From Eledone cirrhosa (lineage: Eukaryota): a stretch of 64,000 nucleotides of DNA. Below, one piece after another: positions 12,171 through 26,449 of this stretch (position 1 is its first letter; each line of letters starts with the position of its first letter). Under the pieces are notes generated by a model. The model ran no database searches. It was not told the origin of the DNA and was given only the letters and a program-made list of their open reading frames with translations. The stretch is from positions 29,140,001-29,204,000 of the forward strand of contig OZ024754.1 of assembly GCA_964016885.1 (NCBI GenBank), read 5' to 3'. The position numbers and the translations under genes are program-made.

Positions 12171-12173
<3 letters not shown>
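11964..12173. mobile_element. Minimal fold-back insertion of PLE family A in (TA)n
   Basis: About 63 bp inverted arms (11964-12093) plus the same about 80 nt tail as 4701-4779. A further 24 nt tail stub is at 12423-12446. Confidence 0.85.
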
Positions 12174-12237
<64 letters not shown>

Positions 12238-12364
12238 GTTTATTTATCAAATATTTCTTTATATTATTCTTATAGCCTGGTCTGATTGATTATTTTATGT
12301 GGTTAATTATGCTAATTGGGAGAGGAAATGGTGTATATATTTTATCAAATGATTCTATGGACAT

Positions 12365-12425
<61 letters not shown>

Positions 12426-12848
12426 CGAAGGAAGTGTGGTAAGGAAATATATATATATATATATACCTATTGTATGAATGTATGTATGCATATATACATA
12501 GATTCATATAGCCATACATACATTCATACCTACCTACATACAAACATACACACATACACGCATACATGCATATATACACACATACATACATGCACATATA
12601 CATGCATACATATTTTACAAATATGTACCTGCACCTAATCCATTAATTAATATATGTCTAAGCGTATGTCAGTAAGTATGGATGCACTCCACTAATTGTT
12701 TGCCGAAGACATATAACTCCGTGGAGAAACAGGTGAATAGGTTCATATTTAAATATGTACTTATTCACCTACGATCCAATACAAATCTTATATGTGTGTG
12801 AGTGTGTGAGTGTGTCTCTGTGTGTACAGTTGTTTATACATACATAAG

Positions 12849-12879
<31 letters not shown>

Positions 12880-12944
12880 GTATATTCTTATGTATATATA
12901 AACAGCTATACACACAGAAACACACACACACACACATATATATG

Positions 12945-12976
<32 letters not shown>

Positions 12977-13006
12977 TGTAAATGAAAGGTATAGAAAACA
13001 TTGTAG

Positions 13007-13058
<52 letters not shown>

Positions 13059-13203
13059 TATATGTATATGTATATATATATATATACATACATATATATA
13101 TATATATGTGCGTGTGTGTGTATGTGTGTGTATAAATACATGTGTATGTATGTATATATATATATATATACATATTTCGAGCGTGTAAGTGTCTGTATGT
13201 ATG

Positions 13204-13234
<31 letters not shown>

Positions 13235-13248
13235 TTAGTGTGTGTGTA

Positions 13249-13303
<55 letters not shown>

Positions 13304-13739
13304 GTGTGTGTGTGGGTGTGTGTGTGTGTGTATGAGCTGTAACTCTTTTCAACCATATTTAATTTCTATCATATATTTTCTGAAAAACTTCCAGAAATTT
13401 CTCCAGAGAAATAGTAAATTCTTCAGTCAGTCGTGAATAGAATCAACCTGCTCCTTCTTCTTCCAGAAATTTTCTTGGAATAGATTTTGGGAACACTTCA
13501 GGAAATCATTGTTACTTCCAATGGAATTTTTGGAGGAAAAATAGCCAATTCTCTATTTTTAATATTCTATTAGCGTTGTCGCATAAAAGCGTATTTGGCA
13601 AAGGTTCTGCTGTAAAGATGTTTAACATGGTGACTAACGACTTCCTACTTCATCTAGTGCTATTGTTGTTGTTGCTGTTAATGTTGTTGTTGCTGTTGTT
13701 GTTGTTGGGGTCGTTGTATATCGGCTCTTTACATTCTGA

Positions 13740-13880
13740 GATCAAATCCCACCGAGGTTGGTTTTGCCTTTCAGCCTTACATGGTCGATACATTTAAGTA
13801 CGATTAACGCACTGATGTTCATTTAATCAACTTTCTCTTCTCCAAAAATTGTTGGCCTTGTGCCTAAATCAGAAACCATT
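13740..13880 (+). mobile_element. Diverged tRNA-SINE
   Basis: tcaaatcccaccgaggttggttttgcctttca...ttggccttgtgcctaaatcagaaacc. Confidence 0.7.
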
Positions 13881-14507
13881 ATTCTTATTATCACTACTAT
13901 AATCATCATAATAGTATATGTTAAATATTTTGACGAACAAATGAAATTAATTTTGATGACAAAAGTTTGTCCTGATTTACATTAATACGAAGAGTCTTCA
14001 TCCGCAATTAGGGAAAATTTGATGCCTCCATAAAAATAACAATATATGAAATAGTAGAAGCCACGCCTGAATAAATTGAACACCCTTTGGTTCCCTTTAA
14101 TGTAGGCTTTGATCCGCCAATAAATATCTGAACAATAAGATCAAAATATTCAAAGGTTGCCCACATATTAAGACACACATACTCTTAACATGAAGCAGCA
14201 ATATCACAAATCTACAACAATCGTAAATAACCCCACACCAAGATACGTATATTTCCATACAGACACATACATATATTACGATTTGCAAACACACCTTAAT
14301 AAACAAATTTAGCAAGAGTTATTCTACTTGAACAAGAAAAAAAAAGAGAATTAAAGTTATATGCTTCCTCTTAAAATGAGTGCTCAAAACCATATTAGAG
14401 ATTAATATTTCTAGGTTTGATGATCCTCTGAACAAACCAGCGAACCCTCATTAGAGCAGGTGACTGACATGATTTTAACAAAAAGTATATATATACATAT
14501 ATATAAG

Positions 14508-14918
14508 TTACACAATAATCAAAGTTATGTTCAAATCATTTTATTGCTGACAATCGTTTCTTCCAAACTATCGTTTGAAATCTATGTCGCATCCATTCCA
14601 CTCTGTAAATACGAAACTGTTGTTGACAACATTAATATCCATGTATCTATATGATTGTTCAGTTGAATAGGAGGTTAATTATATGTACAAACATTGCTAC
14701 TGCTCCGCTGATTCCAAAGGATAGTTTGGAAGAAACGATTGTCAGCAATAAAATGATTTGAACATAGCTTTGATTATTGTGTAACTGATATTCCGGCTCT
14801 GTAAAACATCTCATGTATTTACGTTGAGCTATTTTTCTTACTGATAATAAGGTAGTAATAAATTACTGACCTTTCATGTTTATAGTTGTATGTAGTGTAT
14901 ACATAACTATAAATAATA
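14508..14918 (+). mobile_element. Fold-back PLE-end insertion (family D) with hammerhead-like motif at 14701-14747
   Basis: 14508-14583 is inverted against 14710-14785, with about 135 nt tail to (TA)n. tgct ccgctga ttccaaa..tttggaa gaaa c gatt gtc agca. Confidence 0.7.
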
Positions 14919-14919
14919 T

Positions 14920-15019
<100 letters not shown>

Positions 15020-15091
15020 ATTATGTATATATATATATATATATTATTATATATATATATATAATATAATAATATATATATATATATATAT

Positions 15092-15390
15092 AGTATTAAG
15101 GATACTATTTATGGTTATCTATATACTAAAAACTTTTATAGTTATATATATTTTAAACCCTAAATAGTAAGATAAATAGCTCAATGTAACAACATCAGTT
15201 GTTTTACAGAGCAGTTATATAGAAATTACATGAATCAAAGTTCAGTTTAAATCATTTATTTGCTTACAATTGTTTCCTCCAAACCGAGGTTTGGATTTCT
15301 TCGGAGCAATTATTTAGTGATTTTTTACATACTTGACCTCCTTTTCAACACAAGAGACATATAGAAACATATGTATATATTGACCCACAG
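15092..15390 (-). mobile_element. Diverged family D PLE end with hammerhead-like motif at 15260-15309
   Basis: Reverse complement aligns to 14620-14918. ttgct ccgaaga..tccaaac/gtttgga..gaaa c aatt gta agcaa. Confidence 0.65.
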
Positions 15391-16641
15391 TGGGTTGACA
15401 TCCATTATAATAATATAGCATGGCAATTTACATACAAAGATTACAGTCATATTAAAGGACAAAATTAAAGTTAAAATTAAAATAAAACATTAGCAGTTTA
15501 TGAAGAGGAAAGGTTGAAGAGGAAAGGTTGAAGTAGCCAGTGTATGCAACAGTCTCACGTGAGGCATGCACGCGTGTCCTATTTATACAAGATTATAGTG
15601 CGGCAGATTGTTACATGTAAAACAAGCAGTCAAAGCAGGCAATCAATAGCATCATGGGGGCTGTACTGGTAAAGCATTTTTCACACACACCTGTACGATA
15701 TAGAAGCCCGTGTGTAGAGAAACACCAAAAATATCAGAAATATTACAAATGAGAAGCAAAACAGCACCACTGTCCTCGCACACACCACCACTCTCACAAT
15801 CCAGGAAACGCAATTTATAGACTACATGTCCATCACACAATCCACGATGATTCAACATTGGGTCCCTGGTGAACCATGTTAGAAATCATAGCTTGTCGTT
15901 CTCTATTCGATTCTATAGAGCAGGTTGTTTTTGTTGTGAGAGTTGACATCGTATTATATTCCGGAAGTGTGTGTGTGATTAGGGGAGTTAATACGTAAGG
16001 GGAGGTAACTAGCTGATTTCTATAGTTAAATTTATTATCCTAAAGTACATTAATGGTGTTTCGAATGAGTCCCTATCATATAAGGTTATAAACAATTTCT
16101 AAATTACAGTGTAGTCTATCAAGAAGTACTAAAGGTGTTCATATTAGGATGATTACCTTCTATCATGGAGTGCCACAACCGAACATTCTACATGAAGAGT
16201 CAGACCTCCAAATCAATGATCTTTGTAAGTGTAGTCTACCCGCAGAACCTGGCAGGGTCTTATTAGAATCACTTCTATATATGACTCCTGGTAAGCTCTA
16301 GGTCATTGTATGTCTGATTGCATGGCAAAGTTAAATATCACTAGTATATATATATAGGTAGATAGTTATGTTATGTATGTATGTGCATGTTTGGATGGTG
16401 TCTGTATATTTGTGTATATATATTTTAAGTTTATCCCGGGTTCAATCGGGGTTAACCACAGTAAGTAAGATGGAGGGTTTGTGGTTTTCCTCACAGATTT
16501 GACAAAAACCCTCCAACTCAATTCTACTTTTGAAAAGAACAAGAACTGCGAAACCGGTAAAGGAACCAAATAAATATATTTTAAAAGAAATGACTCCAGT
16601 TACATTTTCGATTCATCTTTTTTCCTTACATCCCCCCCCCC

Positions 16642-16764
<123 letters not shown>

Positions 16765-17625
16765 CTCTCTCTCTATATATATATAAGCCAGTGTGTAAGG
16801 AAGTAAAAAGGAAAGATATACACATGGCAGCTAAGATTATAAATTGAGAGACTATATTAGATGAAACAACTGGTTTCCTATGTTGTAGTTTCACTAGGAC
16901 GAGACTGTATTTGGTTGTATAGAAGATCAAATGTTGTGGTTTGGAGTAAAAGGAGAAGATAGCGAGGAGGAAATGAGTGACAAAACTGACGTTCAGCGGT
17001 GAATGTCATTTTCTCTCGTTTGCTGTTTGTTCTCTCGTGTATTGACGAGATTTTATTGACATTTGCTGTATTGCAGTCGTTTGTTGCTATATTTTACTAT
17101 ACAGAAATACAGACAATGAATAAATATATGCATATATATATATACACAGAGATATATAAAATGCCATCGACAACATGCTGCAAACTGGCTATGTCTTTGA
17201 ATAATATTTCATGGAAACGGACAATTATTCTCCTAACTGTGATTTCCAAGAAGAAATTTCAACCTGTGTTAAGGTGTATTGATCTTAATTCTTTTCCTTT
17301 TTATTGATTTTGTTTGCAGCGCATCAAGCTGTGAAGTAAAATAATTCGACAACTTGTTCCACAAAATCGCCAACTGTAGAAAGAAAAGAAAATCCTTTTT
17401 AGAACATTGTCAGTGAAATCCATACAAATTCACCACGGTATCGAAGAAAATCCATTTACATTGCAAATCTCTATACTGTGTTTTTGAAAATATGATATAT
17501 TTATTTTTGGTTATAAACTTATAGATTCAACTGAATATTGGAATAATAGACAAACAAGCACACAAACCAAACAAACAAATAAATAAATAAATAAACATAT
17601 TAATAATTTCTAATTTAGGCAGGAG

Positions 17626-17746
17626 CCAGCAAATTTGGAAGAGGGCAAAGTTGATTATATCAACCCCAGTACTTGACTGGTACTTTATTATATCGATATC
17701 TGACTGATGAAAAGCCAAGTTGACTTTAGAGCGATTTGAATTGAGA
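17626..17746 (-). mobile_element. Diverged tRNA-SINE
   Basis: ccagcaaatttgg...tgactggtactttatt..tcga..gatgaaaagccaagttgac..gatttgaa. Confidence 0.6.
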
Positions 17747-17829
17747 ATGTTTCACTGCTTTACAACATCACACCTCGCATACAGCCAACATACAGCCAAC
17801 ATACAGCCGGCCATTCTTTCGTAGAAAAA

Positions 17830-18330
17830 AAACCCTTTTTTGTCAACAAAGATAGTCTCTCCATGAACATTTTCCGCTTATTTCATCCTAACTACTATAT
17901 TCTCCTGCACCAGAAAACGGACACTATTACTCACTTAGAAAACAGACACTATTGCTCAGTTCCATGGATCCTTTCTGGGATTATAACAAGTTTATTTCAC
18001 TGATGCTCTTACTATCCCTGTGCTTCAGCCTCACAGAAAGTCTACCTTTTCTGTTAGTCAGTCTACTACCCCATTACAGCTTTTGTGAACATAAGATATG
18101 CATGGTGTATATTTTTTAGAGTTTCTACATACTTATTTTCTACATATCGAACAAGGCCACTGATGAATCAAGGTCCTGTCCTCTTTCATACTTACCAAAA
18201 GTTTTGTTTTCCTTAAGTTTACTCTAAGACCTTTTGTTTCCAAAGCCACAATTTTTTCTCTAACTCTTCCACAGGTTGTGCTATAAGAACCAAGTCATTA
18301 GCATGCAGACTTTCCTATTGATAACCTGTC
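17830..18330 (-). mobile_element. Old, highly degenerate RTE LINE fragment
   Basis: Residual similarity to 58861-59830, including a YADDL-like gctaatgacttggttctt and KTKVL-like aaaacaaaactttt. Confidence 0.4.
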
Positions 18331-20504
18331 ATAAAATCCTCTGTTATGGTTTGGAGAACTATAATAAGCAGGATTGGGCTGATGACATAGCTCTAATGAA
18401 TACTTATCTGCACATTGAATTATTCTTTACTAAACTCATTACCTACTTTCGTTTTACTAACAGCTCTTTTATACATGGTTTGCACTGCTCTCAGAAGCCA
18501 TTCTTTTACACTTAGTTTTCTTAAGTATCATTAAGTTGAGAGATCAAATTTATTATGATATTACTACAGGATTTAAGGCTCAATGAATTTGTACAATTAG
18601 CAATTAAGAAGTGTAAAGTATAATCCATATAATAAAGTCTAAATAATTGAATGAATGTAACTTCACAGAACATTAATATATAATAAATACCTAAAGATAA
18701 ACGTTGGATAATTACACTTAATCATTTTACGCACGTTTCATTAATTGCAAGAATATAAAAGTCAATTAGATCATCAGAAACATAAATGCATAGACCACAA
18801 CATACCGATCAAACACGTATGAGGAAAGATCACCTCTAGAGATGTTTAATGTTATCGAGACATATTTTGTTGATAATGTGAAGTATGCTGTTTTTGTGTT
18901 GGCCTTTGCGTTTATTTTGTATTTGTATTTGTGAGCAAGAAATTGTGACATGAGATTCACCACAACTCAGTTGCGTATCTAAGGTCTGTCTCAAGCCCGG
19001 AGGCTCACCAGGCCGTTGCTTACCCAGGTTTTCGTAGCGTTAAGCAAAAGCGCACCCCCTCCTCACTGGACAATTGTGTATGCGATTAAAAAAAAAACAC
19101 TTTTCTGCGTGTAAACAGGTTCCTCTCTAAGATGAGAACAGCTGATTATTGTAATTCTTGCCATAAATTCAGGATTCCGCCGATTGCTATGAAGGGGAGA
19201 GTATAACATTACTAAATACCAGGCATTGACTGTCCGTTTCCCTTTTCCGCTAACCATTGCTATATTCAGTGAACTCGGTCCCCGGACTGCCACAGATTAG
19301 TTGAAGATAAATAAATACCAGGCATTCTTTTGTCATGCCTGATGTAGTGGGTATGACTGGCAACAACGCCTTCACCATCTCACCCACAAGACGCAGCTGA
19401 GCTATACATTCACAGCAAAGTGTGTAGTGTTCGGTCCTTAACCAAACATCTCATGCCTTTCTTTTTCCCTTCCTCGCTTTTTTAAAAACTTTTAACTCTT
19501 CCTATTTGTCATTACGATAATGTAAATACATTTAACGCTTAGAGTAAAAAGTAAAATAAAAATATGTTGACTCTTGAAGCTGAAAGTTTGATCATCATGT
19601 ATTTAATAACATTGAATCTTATGCTACCTGCAGTCAGCAATCCATGAGTGTTTATGTGTGAAAGTGTGCGTATATGTGTACTACATGAATATGTATGTGT
19701 GTGAGTGCATGGGTGTGTTTATGTATGTATGTATCTATGTGTGTATATGTATATGTATGTATGTGACTGTATGTGTGTATATATGCATATAAGTATATAT
19801 GTGTGTGCGAGAGTTTGTGTGGGTGTGTTTTTCTCTATTTTAAAAACAGAATCACGTAAGTTGTAACTCAATTTCTTGCTGAGTGAATTCTAAATGGTTA
19901 TCTGATCTTGGTTCAGCATCTGATAAATCTCTAATTATCTGTGTAGGAGAGGTTATGCGTGTGCATATGCGTGTGTATGTTTGTGAGAGCTTATATGTCT
20001 GTTTGACCGTGTCTGTCTGTAGATGATGTCTCTATGTCTGTGAGAACAAATGTATATCTACGTATGCCTCTGTGTGTAACGGAGCTTATGTATGTATGTG
20101 TGTGTGTGTGTGTATGTATGCATATTTATGTACGAGACCTTATAAATATATATATGTATAGTTAGTGTATGTGCGCGTGTGCCTGTGGGTGCTCATGTAT
20201 AAAGATACTCGTGTCTTGAATTAAACTTTGGTTTATTTCATTTTACTTCAACCTCTGACACGAATTCTTTTGGGTTAAATGTCATCAGAGATTCAATTAT
20301 AAAAATTCGCACAACTAAAAATAAAATAAAATTTATTAAAAAACACATTGTAACATTGCCACCTCAATTATAGTTTATTAATAATCAAATCTGATTTATT
20401 ACATACCATTAAACCTCGTACTGTGTTTTATACTTACATGCTACTACTACTTTATACTTAATATATTGATAATATTGAAGAAATATGTTGACGTTGTTAC
20501 ACTA

Positions 20505-21053
20505 GAATTATGATGTGGCTGTTGTGATAGACATATAATGAGGTTGTCGTGGTAGAATTATGGTGAGGTTATCATGGTAGAATTATGGTGAGGCTGTCGT
20601 GGTAGAAATATCTTGAGGTTGTTGTGGTAGAATTACGATGAGGTTGTCTTGGTAGAATTATGGTGAGGCTGTCGTGGTAGAAATATCTTGAGGTTGTGGT
20701 AGACTTATGATGAGGTTGTCATGGTAGAATTATGGTGTGGCTGTTGTGATAGAAATATCTTAAGGTTGTCGTGGTAGAATTATGGTGGATTTTTTTTTGC
20801 TGGTATAATTATGGTGAGGCTGTCGTGGTAGAATTATGGTGGAAGTTTTCTTGGTATAATTATGGTGCGGCTGTCGTGGTAGAATTATGGTGGAAATTTT
20901 CTTGGTATAATTATGGTGCGGCTGTCGTGGTAGAATTATGGTGGAAGTTTTCTTGGTAGAATTATGGTGAGGCTGTCGAGATAGAATTATGGTGACATTT
21001 TCTTGGTAGAATTATGGTGAGGGTGTCGTGGTAGAATTATGGTGGAAGTTTTC
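20505..21053. repeat. Minisatellite, about 25 bp unit (gtggtagaattatggtgaggctgtc) with 51 bp dimers at the 3' side
   Basis: Direct tandem repeats. The 17 aa periodicity of ORF 20771 reflects the 51 bp dimer. Confidence 0.9.
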
Positions 21054-21654
21054 GACAGTAGGAATATGTGAAGACATTGCCTTGACAGAAATGTTACGTG
21101 GCTGTGAAATACCCATTAATTTCACGAGCAGGAAGTTGCTATGTTCAAACAACTTAAACACTCATCGGTGGACCCAACGGAGGTCCAATACTACAGAAAC
21201 ACTATATTTACGAAAGCAGGATGTAAAATATAGTTGCTCTACCGAATCCAATCTAATTTTGCAAGAGGTGTGTACGTTGATGACGTAAATAATTAAGTAA
21301 TAAATATTTATACGAGAACACAGTGTTTATTAGTTGATTCGACGTAGATATAACTGCAATTTTTTTTTTTAATTAGAAGACTTCTTTCTTAAAAGTATGA
21401 GGTGTGAAATGTAAAACATTTTCAATTATTTCTCTTTACGCAGAAACACATAAAAGGCATTTGATGTATTTAAGACATTATCGTGTCATCATCAGAGGAT
21501 ATTTAGGGTTTTCTATGTTCACAGGAATAGTTGACAGTTTTTACACTCCACGTTTTACACTTTAATTAAAAAACAAAAACAACACAAAACCCCAGTAATC
21601 ACATTTACTTTAAGTTTACCTGAAGTCTATAAATATCTATGCTGAAACGCAGCA

Positions 21655-22039
21655 TACAAGGGTCTGCTAAAAAGTTCATAGACTGAAAAGTTCATAGGCT
21701 GACCAAGATACTCTCATGGAATGACCAAATGAGGTTTATTTTTGAAAATAGTCCCTAGAAAGAAACAATGCAGTTATTAATAAGAAGGGTTGAAATTAAT
21801 GCGTGAAAGATTTCACAGCTCTAGCATCACTACAATATACGAACGTCAGCTGAAAAGTCCATAGGCTGACCAAGATACTCTCATGGAATTACCAAATGTG
21901 GTTTATTTTTCAAAATAGTCCCTTGAAAGAAACAATGTAGTTATTAATAAGAAGAATTGAAATTAATGCATGTAAGATTTCACAGCTCTAGCATCATTCC
22001 TTCATAGTCAGCCCATGATCTTTTCAGCCCACCCTCTTA
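21655..22039. mobile_element. Tc1/mariner-type MITE, internally tandem-duplicated
   Basis: TA-caagggtctgctaaaaagttcatagactga ... tcagcccatgatcttttcagcccaccctct-TA imperfect TIRs. About 180 bp unit present twice. Another copy at 34197-34397. Confidence 0.7.
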
Positions 22040-22506
22040 TATTAGAATATTTTAAGACAAGATTAGAATAATTAAACTGCAGCCACCACCCTGACCACTA
22101 TTCCACACACTTTGTTTCGTGTTGCAATCCCATCAAAATAAAACAAACAAACCAGCAAGTATATTTCTAAGCAGCAATTGCAATTGACAAAGATAACGAC
22201 TATCTGTAAAAGGATAATTAATCATTTACAATCATCCACCTTTAACCAGTCTGTTGAGAACCTAATATGTCAACATTTAGACATATAATTCCTTTTCTAA
22301 TCGATTTAAAATCATTTACACTGACAGTTCAATAGCTCTGCTATTATTTTGAGCTTTGTTTCACAAGTCTTTGTAATTAATCTTATGAATATCAGCAGAC
22401 AATGGAAATATAACGAAATAAGATTAAAAAACTAAGAAAAACATACAAACTATCCTATTTAATTTGTCTTCACCAGCTTCTTATTACCGATTTACTCCTT
22501 ATGTGT

Positions 22507-23890
22507 AATATCTTCTCACACCCCCACCATATTGTCTTCTCCTCACCCTCCCACCATAATATCTTCTCACACCCCCACCCTATTGTCTTCTCCTCACCCT
22601 CCCACCATAATATCTTCTCATACCCCCACCCTATTGTCTTCTCCTCACCCTCCCACCATAATATCTTCTCATACCCCACCATATTGTCTTCTCCTCACCC
22701 TCCCACCATAATATCTTCTCCCCACCCTCCCATCATAATATCTTCTCATACCCCCACCCTATTGTCTTCTCCCCACCCTCCCACCCTATTGTCTTCTCCT
22801 CACCCTCCCACCATAATATCTTCTCCCCACCCTCCCATCATAATATCTTCTCATACCCCCACCCTATTGTCTTCTCCTCACCCTCCCACCATAATATCTT
22901 CTCACACCCCACCATATTGTCTTCTCCTCACCCTCCCACCATAATATCTTCTCATACCCCACCCTATTGTCTTCTCCCCACCCTCCCACCCTATTGTCTT
23001 CTCCTCACCCTCCCACCATAATATCTTCTCCCCACCCTCCCATCATAATATCTTCTCATACCCCCACCCTATTGTCTTCTCCTCACCCTCCCACCATAAT
23101 ATCTTCTCATACCCCACCCTATTGTCTTCTCCCCACCCTCCCACCATGATATCTTCTCATACCCCCACCCTATTGTCTTCTCCCCACCCTCCCACCATAA
23201 TATCTTCTCCCCACCCTCCCACCATAATATCTTCTCACACCGCCACCCTATTGTCTTCTCCTCACCCTCCCACCATAATATCTTCTCATACCCCCACCCT
23301 ATTGTCTTCTCCTCACCCTCCCATCATAATATCTTCTCATACCCCCACCCTATTGTCTTCTCCCCACCCTCTCACCATAATATCTTCACACACCCCACCC
23401 TATTGTCTTCTCCTCACCCTCCCACCATAATATCTTCTCACACCCCCACCTTATTGTCTTCTCCTCACCCTCCCACCATAATATCTTCTCCCCACCCTCC
23501 CACCATAATATCTTCCTCTCACTCACTCTCCCATTCTATTGTCTCCCCCTCCCACTCTATTTTTTCTCCCCACCCCGCCCTATTGTCTTCTACCTACCCT
23601 CCCACCCCATTATCTCCTCCTCACCCTCCCAGCCCATTATCTCCTCCTCACCCTCCCACCCCATTATCTCCTCCTCACCCTCCCACCCCATTATCTCCTC
23701 CTCACCCCCCCACCCCATTATCTCCTCCTCACCCTTCCACCATATTATCTTCTCCTCATCCTCCCACCATAATATCTTCTCCTCACACCCTCACCCTATT
23801 TTCTTCTCCTCCCCACCCTCATCCTATTTCTTCTCCCCACCCTCCCACCCTACTTTATTCTTCTCCCCACCCTCCCACCCTATTTTCTTC
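22507..23890. repeat. C-rich minisatellite of 24 and 27 bp subunits
   Basis: caccataatatcttctcatacccc / caccctattgtcttctcctcaccctcc in mixed tandem order. Confidence 0.9.
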
Positions 23891-23891
23891 T

Positions 23892-23923
23892 CCACCACCA
23901 CCACCACCACCACCACCACCACC

Positions 23924-24018
<95 letters not shown>

Positions 24019-24043
24019 CACCGCCACCGCCACCACCACCACC

Positions 24044-24087
<44 letters not shown>

Positions 24088-24109
24088 CGCCATCAACGCC
24101 ACCACCACC

Positions 24110-24192
<83 letters not shown>

Positions 24193-24253
24193 CGCCATCA
24201 ACGCCACCACCACCACCACCACCACCACCACCACCACCACCACCACCACCACC

Positions 24254-24306
<53 letters not shown>
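23892..24306. repeat. Compound (CCA)n/(CTA)n microsatellite
   Basis: Alternating blocks visible directly. Confidence 0.95.
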
Positions 24307-25166
24307 ATACGTTCCAACATTTTCTACTATCTTTCTTTCCCCCTCATATCCCCCCCCTCTCCAAATATTCCAATATTCAATTTAATAGTTTTAAAACTTG
24401 CTTTCTCGCCCTCCACCCTCACAACTCTCTATTTCTAGGTTTTAACCCTTCTCACTTTCCTTTATTTATTTAAGTAAGTATTTATTTATTTCCAGTTTGG
24501 CTCTTCACCCATCCACCCGTCCATCTCCCTCTCCATTTTAACACTGCCCCCTTTCCTTCTTTCTGTCTTTCTTTCTAGTCATTAACTTCATCGTGTTAAC
24601 TGCTGCGAATTATCAAATATTCCCTAGCTGATATATCGGACGAAATTGTATCCAACCGATTCGATACTCGTTTCGTCTCATTACATTTTCATGCACTGTT
24701 TCTTAAACAAATTGTCATTAAAATTCTAGACATTGAATTACTATTGTTAACATATTCTTCTTCTTGGTTTTGCTTTCTTGGTTCGGTCTCTCTCAACCAC
24801 GAAATGATATGAAATATGTCTGCAACTTTTTAACCAACAATGCTTAAAAGAAATTTAAAGAAAATTTTTTTTAATAAAAATAATAAAAGAACAACAAAAA
24901 ACAGACAAACAAACAAAACAAAATAAATCTCGTCATTTAATGTGAGTGATGGTGTAAAATATCCCCAAAATACATTTTATAATATAGGTATATTATTAAA
25001 AGTTGAATAAATACAATTGTGTAAGAAATATTGGGCGGCGAATTGACAGAGTTGTTAGAATGTCAGATAAAATGTTTAGCGGTTATTCACGCTCTGAGTC
25101 CCGCAGAAGTCATTGCCTTTGGTTGTCGATAAAAAAAGAAAAACCCACCAGTCCAATACTAGGTCG

Positions 25167-25234
<68 letters not shown>

Positions 25235-25291
25235 ATTTTCTTCTCCTCTGGAAGAAATCTGCTGTATTTATAGATGCCATTATGTTAGTGA

Positions 25292-25395
25292 TCCCGCCGA
25301 GGTTGACTTTGCCTTTCATCCTTACGGGGACGATAAAATAAAGTACCAGTAATGTACTGTTTAATTGCTGGCCTTGTGCCTAACGTAGAAACAAC
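25292..25395 (+). mobile_element. tRNA-SINE, 3' half
   Basis: tcccgccgaggttgactttgcctttcatcc...gtagaaaca. Confidence 0.85.
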
Positions 25396-25469
25396 CATGT
25401 TAGTGAGTAGCTACAATATGTAGCAAGACTGAAAGCTTGAATTACAGTTACAATTAATCCAACAGGTTT

Positions 25470-25790
25470 CCACAAAGAGGCAGAATTAAGTGCAATAATT
25501 GCTGGAGCTGGTGCAGTAATGTGCCAGTTTCTGCATTCAGTAATCAGAAGGGAGGTAGGTGTAAAAGCCAAACTCGCTATCTTCAATTCGGTTTGCGCAC
25601 CAATCCTTGCCTATGTACAGAAATCTTGGGTAAAGACCGAAATGTAGTACTCGATAGAGTGCGTAGCTCGGTGATCAGATAGATACTGCAGATACAGTCG
25701 TTACTGAAAGATCACAGCTCCCATACTATAGACATGTGGTTAGACTGTCTAAGGAAAGAATCTCTGGACAGATTTTACAGGCAAAACCAA
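25470..25790 (+). mobile_element. Degenerate RTE LINE fragment (post-RT region)
   Basis: AKLAIFNSVCAPILAY..SWVKTE resembles the RTE K..IY..P.L.YG.ESW motif. Confidence 0.5.
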
Positions 25791-25807
25791 CCGATAGGAG
25801 AAATAAT

Positions 25808-25957
25808 TGTTTCTACTTTAGGCACAAGGCCAGCAATTACCCAGTGCATTACTGGTACATTATTTTATCGACCCCGTAAGGATGAAAGGCAAAGTAAACC
25901 TTGGCGTGATTTGAACTCAGACCGTGAAGGGGCGTAACTCTATGCTGCAAGGCATGG
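25808..25957 (-). mobile_element. tRNA-SINE, 5'-truncated, 20 bp TSD
   Basis: TSD caaccgataggagaaataat at 25788-25807 and 25958-25977. Confidence 0.92.
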
Positions 25958-26287
25958 CAACCGATAGGAGAAATAATGCACAAGATGTTCATATGAAATC
26001 AAGGAACCAAAAAGGTGTTCTGTATATTAACTCATATATTTTCTCACCTGTCCACCATACGATTACAATTAGCCAAAATATACAGATATAATCACCAACA
26101 ATTCAGTTTATTTTTTTAAAGTATCTTAAGTCATACAACAAATCAATGTGACGTCACCACTTTTAGCAGTGACGTCACATTTATTTATTTCTCTTTTTCT
26201 TTTACTTTTGTTCTTTCTCTTTTGTTGTTTGTTTCATTCCCTTTTCTTTCCTTCCTTCTTTCTTAGTTTCTCTTTTGTTCTTTCTTT

Positions 26288-26351
<64 letters not shown>

Positions 26352-26449
26352 TCCTTCTTCTTTCTTTCTTTCCTTCTTTCTTTCCCCCCTCCCCCTTCCT
26401 TCTATCCCCCTCAACCCCACCCACTCCAGTTCAGTAATAACCACAGAAA

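Noticed and set aside
12769-13436. Many IY, HT and CV repeat ORFs (also near 5403, 16530, 37220, 61159 and 62305)
   Set aside because: Translations of (TA)n and (CA)n microsatellites.
23403-24473. 356 aa Pro/Leu-rich ORF (extensin-like)
   Set aside because: Product of a minisatellite plus CCA/CTA microsatellites lacking stops in one frame. No coding signal.
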